Assembly (NCBI GenBank): GCA_033762115.1
Contig: JANRLX010000109.1
Span: 1 to 31,785, forward strand
Length of the DNA stretch: 31,785 nt
DNA from: Verrucomicrobiota bacterium
GTDB lineage: Bacteria; Verrucomicrobiota; Verrucomicrobiia; Limisphaerales; SXQI01
Direction of reading: 5' to 3'
A program made the translations under genes and the position numbers. The notes under the pieces were generated by a model that worked only from the letters and a program-made list of their open reading frames with translations, was not told the DNA's origin and searched no databases. Below are positions 9,443-18,082 of the stretch, piece by piece. How positions within the stretch are numbered: the first letter of the stretch is position 1; each line of letters begins with the position of its first letter.

Positions 9443-10705
9443 ATGCTTTATGCGCAATGGCAGAGAATTGTTGCAGCCCGTGCCGAAGAGGTCGCATGCT
9501 GGGACATTCATGCCCGTCGGCAATACAAATTCAGAGAAATTCAGGAGCTGGTCGATGCTCGAAATGAAAAACAGGCGGGGATGGCCACTGCGTCGGGGGC
9601 CGACATTCAATTTTTTGTCCAACTATTGCTGGCCTGGCGTGATGGGGTTCCATTCTGTCCCTTGGAACCGGGACAGCTTGTTCCCCGGCTTCATTCACTG
9701 CCGCCCTGGTGTGCGCATGTAAAACTCACCTCCGGCAGCACTGGAAAGGCAAAAGCCGTTCTGTTCACCGAAAGACAACTCAAAGCAGATGTGGACCAGA
9801 TCGTTGCCACGATGGGGTTGCAGCAGAACTGGCCAAACCTAGGGGTGATTTCGCTGGCGCATTCCTACGGGTTTTCAAACCTGGCTCTTCCCCTCCTGCT
9901 GCATGGAATCCCATTGATCCTGGCTGGCGCTCCATTGCCGGAAACTGTTCTGCACGGGGCTGGTTTGGTCCCGCATGTCACCATTCCTGCTGTTCCCGCA
10001 ATTTGGAGAAGCTGGCTGGAAACAAAATCGATTCCCGTAAATTGTCGCCTCGCCATTTCCGCTGGCGCGCCATTGCGAATTGGCCTGGAGCAGGAAATCT
10101 ATTCAAGCACAGGCCTCAAAGTGCATAATTTCTATGGCGCAAGCGAATGTGGTGGCATTGCTTATGACCGTTCCACGGAACCCAGGAAGAACGAGGAAAT
10201 CATTGGCCAGGCCATGAACGGTGTGCGGCTTTCGATCAGCGAGGAGGGTTGCCTTGCGGTGCAAAGTGAAGCAGTCGGTGAGTGTTACTGGCCAGCGCAA
10301 TCCTCTGCCATCAAACCGGGTCTATTTTATACCGAAGATCTCGCTGAGATCAGGAATGGGGTCGTACATCTCCGCGGGAGAAAGGGTGATCTGATTAATG
10401 TTGCCGGGAGGAAAGTGGCCCCGGAGCAAATTGAAGAAATTCTGCGAACGTTCCCAGCAGTGAAGGAATGCGTCGTCTTTGGAATTCCTGAAAAAACCGA
10501 AACCAACCGTGGAGAATGGATTGTGGCATGCGTGAATGTCCATCCCGGGACCGAGATAGCCCAGTTAAGAAATCACCTCTTGCAGCAGATTCCCGCATGG
10601 CAACTGCCAAGAGAGTGGTGGTTTGAACCAACCTTAAAAGTGAATCTGCGGGGCAAGCTTTCCCGAGCAGAGTGGCGGAATACCTATTTGAAGCGAAATA
10701 GCTAA
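9443..10705 (+). CDS. Class I adenylate-forming (AMP-binding) enzyme, acyl-CoA/acyl-ACP ligase-like
   Basis: TSGSTGKAK P-loop, HSYG, SAGAPL, NFYGASECG, TEDL, GRKGDLINVAGRKV and GKLSR. Likely start is MLYAQW at 9443. Confidence 0.9.
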   Translation: MLYAQWQRIVAARAEEVACWDIHARRQYKFREIQELVDARNEKQAGMATASGADIQFFVQLLLAWRDGVPFCPLEPGQLVPRLHSLPPWCAHVKLTSGSTGKAKAVLFTERQLKADVDQIVATMGLQQNWPNLGVISLAHSYGFSNLALPLLLHGIPLILAGAPLPETVLHGAGLVPHVTIPAVPAIWRSWLETKSIPVNCRLAISAGAPLRIGLEQEIYSSTGLKVHNFYGASECGGIAYDRSTEPRKNEEIIGQAMNGVRLSISEEGCLAVQSEAVGECYWPAQSSAIKPGLFYTEDLAEIRNGVVHLRGRKGDLINVAGRKVAPEQIEEILRTFPAVKECVVFGIPEKTETNRGEWIVACVNVHPGTEIAQLRNHLLQQIPAWQLPREWWFEPTLKVNLRGKLSRAEWRNTYLKRNS

Positions 10706-10723
10706 CCCATGATTGGCTAGGCC

Positions 10724-11422
10724 TTAGCCCATCCCCAAATCTTTTACAAAATTCGCATCCTCACGATACTGTTTTTCATTTATACCCAAAACAGAGATCA
10801 CAATTTGTTTGACCTCTCGCGAAATATCGCTCCGAGTCCACGAAATTTCTTTTGCAGTTGCCGAGTAGGGCAGGAGGTCATTGATCGTTTTTAAATTGGC
10901 TGGAATGAACTTTTGATAAGGTTTACATTCGTGTCGGAGGTAGGCATTAAGCAGACAAGCCAGAGTAACTCCAATGGCGCACCCCGAAAGAGCGGAATCT
11001 AAGTTCCGGCCAAAGCCATTCCAAATAAGAATGAAGATGGCGAAAAATGCAAACCAGAGGGTAAGTTTGATGGCCTTGTCAATTTGCGCAGAGACTTCCA
11101 AAGAGGGCCAGAAACGCGCGTCAATCGCTCTTTGCAGGCCCAGCCAAAAAGTAGCTTCTTCGGATTCCGTGACAAGATCACGCAGGGGCAGTTCAGGCCG
11201 CACTTGTTTTCTTTCAGCGACATTCATTTTAACCAAAGCCCGCCGTAGTACATAAAAACATCGTTGATTCAGGCATGCAGGATTTTTCGAAAGGATCAAT
11301 TTAGATTCTATAGCTTGCACCAAATCGTAGGGAGTGTGTATCCGCTCCGCCTCCGCATCTGAAATAGAAATCCCGAAACGCTCTTCACAGGACATGACCA
11401 GTTCGAACCCATCCATTCCCAT
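10724..11422 (-). CDS. Membrane protein built from circularly permuted acyl-carrier-protein segments
   Basis: The N-terminus matches ACP helices II-IV (GMDGFELVMSCEERFGISISDAEAERIHT). The C-terminus matches ACP helix I plus loop (VKQIVISVLGINEKQYREDANFVKDLGMG). Two hydrophobic helices lie in the middle. Confidence 0.75.
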   Translation of the reverse strand: MGMDGFELVMSCEERFGISISDAEAERIHTPYDLVQAIESKLILSKNPACLNQRCFYVLRRALVKMNVAERKQVRPELPLRDLVTESEEATFWLGLQRAIDARFWPSLEVSAQIDKAIKLTLWFAFFAIFILIWNGFGRNLDSALSGCAIGVTLACLLNAYLRHECKPYQKFIPANLKTINDLLPYSATAKEISWTRSDISREVKQIVISVLGINEKQYREDANFVKDLGMG

Positions 11423-11469
11423 GAAATGGCAATAGCATCTTTTCTTATGATGTCAACGCTGCAACCTGG

Positions 11470-12624
11470 TCAAACCATTCCCGCGATCAAACGAGCGGCT
11501 TCTTCGCGGGCCCATCCGTCCGATTCAAAAATGGTTCCCAAATCCGGATGTGGGATTGTTTTGTGAGATTCCATCGTGCGGGTGACGATCTGGGTGATCC
11601 CGATAAAACTCAAGCGACCTTCGCAAAATGCATCCACTGCAACTTCATTCGCCGCATTCAGCACCGCAGGAAGGGTCCCTCCCACCGTCCCTGCTTCCCG
11701 GGCCAGGGTAATGGCTGGAAAACGTTCAGGATCCGGTTCTTCAAAGGTGAGGGAACCAAACTTCGCGAGATGAGTCTGGACCCGGTCACTTGCCACCCGT
11801 TCAGGGTAAAGCAGCGCATATTGAATAGGCAGACACATGTCCGGGGTGGATAGCTGCGCGAGGATCGAGCCGTCCACAAACTCAACCATCGAATGAACCA
11901 CGCTTTGAGGATGGATAATGACGCTCACCCGCGCCATCTCGATATCGAAAAGCCAGCGAGCCTCAATCATCTCCAGCCCCTTGTTAAATAAAGTGGCCGA
12001 ATCAATTGTTATTTTCCGACCCATCACCCAGGAGGGATGCTTCAGGGCTTTTTCAAGGGTGATGTTTGCGAACTCAGCGTGAGGAGTGGCTCGGAATGGC
12101 CCTCCAGATGCCGTTAGCCAGAGGCGACGAACAGAGTCTGCAGGCTTGCAGTCGAGGCATTGAAAAATTGCGGAGTGCTCACTATCCACTGCCAGGACAC
12201 GAACGCCATACTTCCGCGCCTCGTTCATCACGATCTCCCCGGCCATCACCAAAATTTCCTTCGAAGCCACCGCGATATCCTTGCCGGCACGGATGGCCGC
12301 GAGGGCGGGTTTTAATCCAGCAGTTCCCACAATGGCGATCAGGACGATGTCCGCGCCCGGCAGAGTCGCCAGGCGAATCAGGCCATCTTCTCCGGAATAC
12401 ACCTCGGTTTGAGCGCCGAATGCCTCTTTTACCTCCGCTGCTTTTTCAGCTTTTAAGACTGAAACAGCCTGCGGTTTATGTCGGCGGGTTTGCTCGATGA
12501 GCAGGTTGATATTATTTCCAGCCGCGAGGCCGATCAGGCGAATTCTATCCGGCAAATCTTCAGCCACTTTAATTGTGCTTGTGCCGATGGAGCCCGTGGA
12601 ACCGAGCAAAACAACGTTCTTCAT
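11470..12624 (-). CDS. dxr: 1-deoxy-D-xylulose 5-phosphate reductoisomerase
   Basis: LLGSTGSIG, AVDSEHSAIFQC, LTASGGPF, HPSWVMGRKITIDSAT, NKGLEMIEA and NAANEVAV. Confidence 0.98.
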   Translation of the reverse strand: MKNVVLLGSTGSIGTSTIKVAEDLPDRIRLIGLAAGNNINLLIEQTRRHKPQAVSVLKAEKAAEVKEAFGAQTEVYSGEDGLIRLATLPGADIVLIAIVGTAGLKPALAAIRAGKDIAVASKEILVMAGEIVMNEARKYGVRVLAVDSEHSAIFQCLDCKPADSVRRLWLTASGGPFRATPHAEFANITLEKALKHPSWVMGRKITIDSATLFNKGLEMIEARWLFDIEMARVSVIIHPQSVVHSMVEFVDGSILAQLSTPDMCLPIQYALLYPERVASDRVQTHLAKFGSLTFEEPDPERFPAITLAREAGTVGGTLPAVLNAANEVAVDAFCEGRLSFIGITQIVTRTMESHKTIPHPDLGTIFESDGWAREEAARLIAGMV

Positions 12625-12639
12625 GCAATCAATCGCGGA

Positions 12640-13554
12640 TCAGGTAAGCACATGTCTCAAATAGAGATACATGAGCGGGGCATTAAACAAAAGACTGTCC
12701 ATCAGGTCGAGAATGCCGCCGATCCCCGGAAAAAATCGGCCGGAGTCCTTCACCCCCGCCTCACGCTTGAAAAGGGATTCGATCAAATCTCCCAGGACTG
12801 CCGCGCAACTCAGGAGGACACCCAGAACGACAGCGTGCAGCGGAGTTAACTGCGGCATTTTTGCGGCTGCCAGATGCGCGAAGAGGAGGCTTGCCCCGGT
12901 CGAGATGACAATCGCACCAAAAAATCCTTCCCAGGTTTTTCCCGGACTGATTCGTGGAATCATCTTGTGTTTGCCGATCAGGGAGCCGGTGACATAAGCG
13001 CCCAGGTCGCTGAATTTTGTCACGAGGATGAAGTACAACACATAAAAGGCCCCGTGAACATTGGGGAAGAAGTTGATCTTTTGAATGAAATTCAAAAGCC
13101 ACGGCACATACATCAAGCCAAACAACGTCGTGGAAATTGCAAGAATTCCCGCTGTATTGCTTTTTGAAAGGAATTGGCGAACGCACAATCCAAGCACAAA
13201 CAAAATCAGAAAACTGGTTTCGAAATCGTTCGCATCACCGGGGCCAGCATATCCGGCCAGCGCGCCTGAGAGAAAAAGAGAGGTGCTCACCATCAGGAGA
13301 ATCCCTCCAAAAATTCCCCAGCCTTTAAAACAAACCAACCCTCTTTTCCCCACCAAATCGTAAAACTCAATCAAGCCCGTCCCGGCAAGGACCATCATGA
13401 TAAAAAGAAAAACATAGTCGGAGATAAGTTTGTTCCCTGAAAAAAGGGAGGCAATCACTATGGCCCAAAGAATGACTGAACTGATCAGGCGACGAAAAAA
13501 AATCACCTTTTTGGAAGGTGACGCAGCTTTCGGCGGTTGAGTTGCTCCGGGCAT
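12640..13554 (-). CDS. cdsA: Phosphatidate cytidylyltransferase
   Basis: Multi-TM protein with SDLGAYVTG, ISPGKTWEG and GDLIESLFKREAGVKDSG..FPG.GGILD..DS. Directly upstream of dxr. Confidence 0.95.
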   Translation of the reverse strand: MPGATQPPKAASPSKKVIFFRRLISSVILWAIVIASLFSGNKLISDYVFLFIMMVLAGTGLIEFYDLVGKRGLVCFKGWGIFGGILLMVSTSLFLSGALAGYAGPGDANDFETSFLILFVLGLCVRQFLSKSNTAGILAISTTLFGLMYVPWLLNFIQKINFFPNVHGAFYVLYFILVTKFSDLGAYVTGSLIGKHKMIPRISPGKTWEGFFGAIVISTGASLLFAHLAAAKMPQLTPLHAVVLGVLLSCAAVLGDLIESLFKREAGVKDSGRFFPGIGGILDLMDSLLFNAPLMYLYLRHVLT

Positions 13555-13617
13555 GGGGCAACACGTTATTGAACCTTTGTCAGCTGTCTAGAGGAAAGAA
13601 GGAACATCAGGAGCCTA

Positions 13618-14439
13618 TCAGCTCCAACTGATAGGTTTGGACATCTTGAATTTGCGGCTCCGCACGAATTGTTCCCTGAACCGGCGGGTGGGCAGGGCGG
13701 TTTTGGCATGCATTTTTTCGTAGGTCTGGTTCCGGATATCGGAAAAATTGGACATCCACCAAACCTTCATCCAAAACCAAACCATTTCAGCAGGCCCACG
13801 TTCATCATAGCGGCGCATGCTCGTGATCGCCGGGGTGCGCCGGATATATTTATATCTCCCGAACCGCGCGAGCTTTTTCATCAGGTCGCTGTTTTCCCTC
13901 AAGTAAAGCATTTCATCAAAACCGCCCACTCGCTCAAATTGGCGTTTCCAGCAAAGGATCACTCCCGAGCTGCCCCAATGAAGATGCGAGGCATGCACAA
14001 AATTTTTGAAAAAATAGATCAGGCGATAAGCGCCACGTTTTGTATCAGGCGAACCTTTCAAGGTCCCCATGGCACATCGTTTTGTGAATTGGTTGGCGAT
14101 AATCTCAAGCGCGGTAGGCTCGAGGATCGTGTCCGCATCAAGAAAAACCAGCAATTCACCGCGCGCTTTGAATCCGCCGAGGTTCCGCGCCTTGCCCAGG
14201 CCCCTTTCCTGGAGATCAAATAACTGGTCGCAATGCCCCTCGGCTTCCGCCACTGTGCGGTCTGAACAACCGTTCGCCACCACGATCACTTCAAAATCAC
14301 GGAAGGTCTGTTGTTTGAGTGCATCCAGCGTGGGACGGAGAAACCCTTCTTCATTATGCGCCGGGATGATCACTGAAATATAATAACTCCTGGAATCCTT
14401 GTCCCCGGCCTGCTCCTGCTTCGTTTCAATCTGATCCAT
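13618..14439 (-). CDS. Glycosyltransferase family 2
   Basis: SVIIPAHNEE, ARNLG, FLDADT (DxD), VGGFDE and TSMRR. Confidence 0.9.
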   Translation of the reverse strand: MDQIETKQEQAGDKDSRSYYISVIIPAHNEEGFLRPTLDALKQQTFRDFEVIVVANGCSDRTVAEAEGHCDQLFDLQERGLGKARNLGGFKARGELLVFLDADTILEPTALEIIANQFTKRCAMGTLKGSPDTKRGAYRLIYFFKNFVHASHLHWGSSGVILCWKRQFERVGGFDEMLYLRENSDLMKKLARFGRYKYIRRTPAITSMRRYDERGPAEMVWFWMKVWWMSNFSDIRNQTYEKMHAKTALPTRRFREQFVRSRKFKMSKPISWS

Positions 14440-14521
14440 ACCAAATGACCTTCTAGATCATTTTAGTCGATGGGAAACAGCAGTGAAACGGAGCAGGGCC
14501 CTGAAATTCACTAAGGGGAAA

Positions 14522-16135
14522 CTACCGTCGCATCTGGGTATCCCGCTGCGACCAGGAAGCATTGGGGTGGGGGAAATCGAGATTGAAATGGAGGCCTCGA
14601 CTTTCCGGTCTTTGAAGGGCACACCCAATGATCAATTCTGCTACAGTGGCAATATTGCGCAGTTCCAGCAGGTCACTTGTGATTTTGAAATCCCAATAAA
14701 ATTCCTGGATTTCCGCCTGGAGGTTTTGAATGCGGTTTTGCGCCCGGCTCAAACGCTTATTCGTTCGCACGATTCCCACGTAATCCCACATCAGGCGGCG
14801 GATTTCATCCCAATTATGTGAAATGACAACCAGTTCGTCCGGATTACTGGCCTTGCCCGATTCCCATTGCGGCAGCTTGATATTGGAAGCCTGCGGGCGG
14901 ACTTGCACAGCTTTTTGTGCCGCCCGATGGGCGCATACCAATGCTTCCAATAGAGAATTGCTCGCCAGGCGATTTGCCCCGTGAAGTCCTGTGCAGGCCA
15001 CTTCACCGATTGCGTAAAGCCCCTGCATATCCGTTTCGCCATCAAGATTAGTCATGACGCCGCCACATTGATAATGGGCTGCCGGCACCACAGGAATGGG
15101 ATCTTTCGTGATATCGATCCCGAACTGTAGACAGGTCGAATAAATGTTCGGAAAACGCTCAAGGACAAACCGGGCCGGTTTATGTGTGATATCCAGCCAG
15201 ACATGCGGGGCGCCGCTTTTTTTCATTTCGCTGTCAATGGCCCGTGCCACGATATCGCGCGGTGCCAGCGAAGCCATGGGATGATGCTTGTCCATGAACT
15301 CCGCCCCGGCGAAATCCTTCAGAATGCCTCCTTCACCCCTTACCGCTTCGGTGATCAGAAAAGACTTGGCCTTTGGATGATAAAGGCAGGTGGGATGGAA
15401 CTGGATGAATTCCATGTTGGCTATCGGCGCTCCCGCTCGATACGCCATCGCCACTCCGTCACCTGTGGCAATGTCAGGGTTTGTGGTATAAAGATAGACT
15501 TTGCCACAGCCGCCGGTCGCCAGAACAATCTGGGGAGCGGCAAAGGTTTCAACCTGGTTCAGGATTTTGTTCAGCACATAAATGCCGAGGCAACGGTTGG
15601 GTCCCGGCTGGCCAAGTTTGGCCGAGGTAATCAGGTCGATGGCAAAGTGGTTTTCCAGGATCGTAATGTTTTTCTCCCGAGAAATGGCTCCGAGCAATGC
15701 CCGCTCAATTTCACGCCCGGTCACATCTTTTGCATGAAGTATCCGCCGTTTGGAATGCCCCCCCTCACGTCCAAGATCCAGTTCACGCGCGCCGTTGCCC
15801 TCCGGGATGAGCCTTTCAGAAAAGCGCATTCCCAATTCAATCAATTCCGCGATCCGGGCGGGCCCTTCCTGCACAATCGTTCGAACCACTTCTTCCCGGC
15901 AAAGTCCCGCCCCCGCCTCGAGGGTATCGCGCACATGCATTTCAAAGGAATCCTCCTTTGACGTGACTGCCGCTATTCCCCCCTGCGCATAGTTGGTGTT
16001 GGATTCAGCCCGGTGCTTTTTTGTAATGATCGCCACCCGCCCATGCTCAGCGACTTTCAGTGCAAATGAGAGCCCGGCGATCCCGCTTCCGAGAATGATA
16101 AAATCAAATTGTTCTGTTGCAGCTTCCAATAACAA
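14522..16135 (-). CDS. nadB: L-aspartate oxidase
   Basis: GSGIAGL FAD motif, [59 protein letters not shown] and ESRGLH. Start codon (TTG) uncertain. Confidence 0.96.
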   Translation of the reverse strand: MLLEAATEQFDFIILGSGIAGLSFALKVAEHGRVAIITKKHRAESNTNYAQGGIAAVTSKEDSFEMHVRDTLEAGAGLCREEVVRTIVQEGPARIAELIELGMRFSERLIPEGNGARELDLGREGGHSKRRILHAKDVTGREIERALLGAISREKNITILENHFAIDLITSAKLGQPGPNRCLGIYVLNKILNQVETFAAPQIVLATGGCGKVYLYTTNPDIATGDGVAMAYRAGAPIANMEFIQFHPTCLYHPKAKSFLITEAVRGEGGILKDFAGAEFMDKHHPMASLAPRDIVARAIDSEMKKSGAPHVWLDITHKPARFVLERFPNIYSTCLQFGIDITKDPIPVVPAAHYQCGGVMTNLDGETDMQGLYAIGEVACTGLHGANRLASNSLLEALVCAHRAAQKAVQVRPQASNIKLPQWESGKASNPDELVVISHNWDEIRRLMWDYVGIVRTNKRLSRAQNRIQNLQAEIQEFYWDFKITSDLLELRNIATVAELIIGCALQRPESRGLHFNLDFPHPNASWSQRDTQMRR

Positions 16136-16187
16136 CTGGTTTTTATCGGAGGAAGGAGTTTACGCAAAGGGTTAATTGTCCCTGGGA

Positions 16188-17456
16188 TCAGCTGTTGATC
16201 AGGCAATAACGGTTTGCTGCCACCTTCTGATAGGCGCGGGTGCCGATCCGGGTCGCCAGCGGGAGATGAAGAAATGGAAGAATAGGCCAGGCCAGAGGAA
16301 GGTACTTCGCAAGTTTTCGAAAGGCCAAAAAACCGCCAAACCATTGACCGGAATGCGTTCGAACCATCATTTCCTGTGCGCCACGTTCCAGGTCGAGATC
16401 AGGAAACTCCAATGAAGCCTCAGGAGAGTGCATGTCAATAAATCGCAAGCGATGGAAAATATCCAATGCACGCACCACTGCAATGCTCTGCCTGCAAAAG
16501 GAACATTTCCCATCATAAAAGACCGGCAGGGGAGGAGAAAGTTTAAGAAACCTCGACAAGGCATTCCTGAAATTTGCAAACGCCTGATGGATATGTTGCG
16601 GTTCCACAAAAGTAATATAAGCGCTGACCATGATAACACCAAACAGGGGAATGTTCATAGTGTAATCGATCCCAAGGTGGAGCAGGATTCCGGCGAGGAG
16701 GACCCAATAACGCAGTTCCTTGATCCAGATCAGTGTCCCCATCGCAAACTCGATGATTAACGTACCCCATGTCCACAGCTTGATCGTCCAGAGGTGTTCG
16801 AAAATATACGGCAGGGGAAATCGCCAGAACTCCTCCAGCCGCGTGGTATAATAAACCGCGGTCCCATTCATCCACAGTTCTCCCCTGATTTTCCACAGGT
16901 AGGCAGTGAAATAAAGCCAGGCGGTTTGCAATTGAATCAACCTGAGAACCCAGGGCGTGATGAGGGCAGGGGGGCCTTGCTCCTTTCCACGGGCAAGTCG
17001 AATCAGCCGATCAATCGACAGGGCTGCACCGGCAGGGCTGAATATCAGAAAAAAAACGCATATCCTCAGGAAGGAATCGCCACTGTTCACAATCAGCGGA
17101 TTGCGATGGCAGAGCGATGTGAACGTCAGGAACAGGAGGATAAGATTAACCCGGGTGGCAAACCCAAGGGTCACAAAAATTGCACTCAAAACGTGGATGA
17201 AAAAAAATGAAAAAATCCAGGCATTGCCATCCGGGAGAATCCTGAAAAGATTCATTCCCTGCCCTCCGTTGAGTAGTAAAGCGGTTTGCTCGGTCAGCAC
17301 ACCATCCCCAAAAAACTCCTCAACATCCTCAAACAAAATGCCGGCATTCCATAAAAAAACCAACCCTGTAAGAATGCGATAAATGGCCAGGGAAGTGGGA
17401 GCGATCGGATCAAAGAAAAAGCGGTTCCAGGCCTGCGCTAATATTTTCAGGCTCAC
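16188..17456 (-). CDS. HTTM-domain (SdpB/vitamin K-dependent carboxylase-like) membrane protein fused to a DCC1/DUF393 thiol-disulfide oxidoreductase domain
   Basis: LAIYRIL, NSGD, LSIDR, LIQLQ...YFTAYLWK..G.LW.NGTA and LLHLGI, then YDGKCSFC and YQKVAANRY at the C-terminus. The GTG start overlaps the upstream stop (GTGA). Confidence 0.82.
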   Translation of the reverse strand: MSLKILAQAWNRFFFDPIAPTSLAIYRILTGLVFLWNAGILFEDVEEFFGDGVLTEQTALLLNGGQGMNLFRILPDGNAWIFSFFFIHVLSAIFVTLGFATRVNLILLFLTFTSLCHRNPLIVNSGDSFLRICVFFLIFSPAGAALSIDRLIRLARGKEQGPPALITPWVLRLIQLQTAWLYFTAYLWKIRGELWMNGTAVYYTTRLEEFWRFPLPYIFEHLWTIKLWTWGTLIIEFAMGTLIWIKELRYWVLLAGILLHLGIDYTMNIPLFGVIMVSAYITFVEPQHIHQAFANFRNALSRFLKLSPPLPVFYDGKCSFCRQSIAVVRALDIFHRLRFIDMHSPEASLEFPDLDLERGAQEMMVRTHSGQWFGGFLAFRKLAKYLPLAWPILPFLHLPLATRIGTRAYQKVAANRYCLINS

Positions 17457-18001
17457 GGTGCATCCTCTCGTTTGACTTTATACTCATGAAACTCAAAAGA
17501 GGATTTTTTCTGGTACTCCGGGGGAATGGGTTGATGGTCCGTTCGCAAAGGCTGCGGGATATTATCCCATCGGCGAATCAGCTTTACCGCAACGGGAGGA
17601 TTCGTGGGGAACCAGAATTTTCGCGCAACAAACCGTGAGGTATCGTCCCAAACGATTTCATAGGAGTCACTCCTTACCCGTTCCCTCCATTTTCGCCATC
17701 GTTCCTTGTTCATCCTGCGCCAATGACTCATCTTTTCAGGTCGCGGAAAGTGCCAGGTCTTGATCCCCCCATTGCTGTAGGTGATCTCCGCAACCACGTC
17801 GAAATTCACCATCAAAGGAGTCGGAGCGAACATGTCCCACGAATGCCATAAGCCGGTAAACAGCACATACTTGTGAAAGGGCCTGGTAAGACGCTGACGA
17901 AATGGAGAGGTGGGCAGCCCCCACAGTCCTAATGCAATAATGTGGAAAACGATGAACGCGTTAACAAAAACCCTTTTCCAGATCGGTTTAATTTCTGCCA
18001 T
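17453..18001 (-). CDS. SdpA/DUF5819-like partner of the HTTM protein
   Basis: N-terminal TM helix and the Y..TGLWHSWDMFAPTP motif (W.MFAP.P). Overlaps the HTTM gene by 4 bp. Confidence 0.68.
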   Translation of the reverse strand: MAEIKPIWKRVFVNAFIVFHIIALGLWGLPTSPFRQRLTRPFHKYVLFTGLWHSWDMFAPTPLMVNFDVVAEITYSNGGIKTWHFPRPEKMSHWRRMNKERWRKWRERVRSDSYEIVWDDTSRFVARKFWFPTNPPVAVKLIRRWDNIPQPLRTDHQPIPPEYQKKSSFEFHEYKVKREDAP

Positions 18002-18082
18002 CCCACATTCTCCAGGAAAGCGTTCTACCTGAAATTTCCTTTTTCGTCACCCACACTGGGGTGGTATTCACGCACGCAGGAT

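Noticed and set aside
15182..15961. 259-aa antisense ORF inside nadB, and similar long antisense ORFs inside the TPR gene, POP, dxr and glnD
   Set aside because: These are shadow ORFs of well-supported genes, expected from codon bias, with no recognisable motifs.
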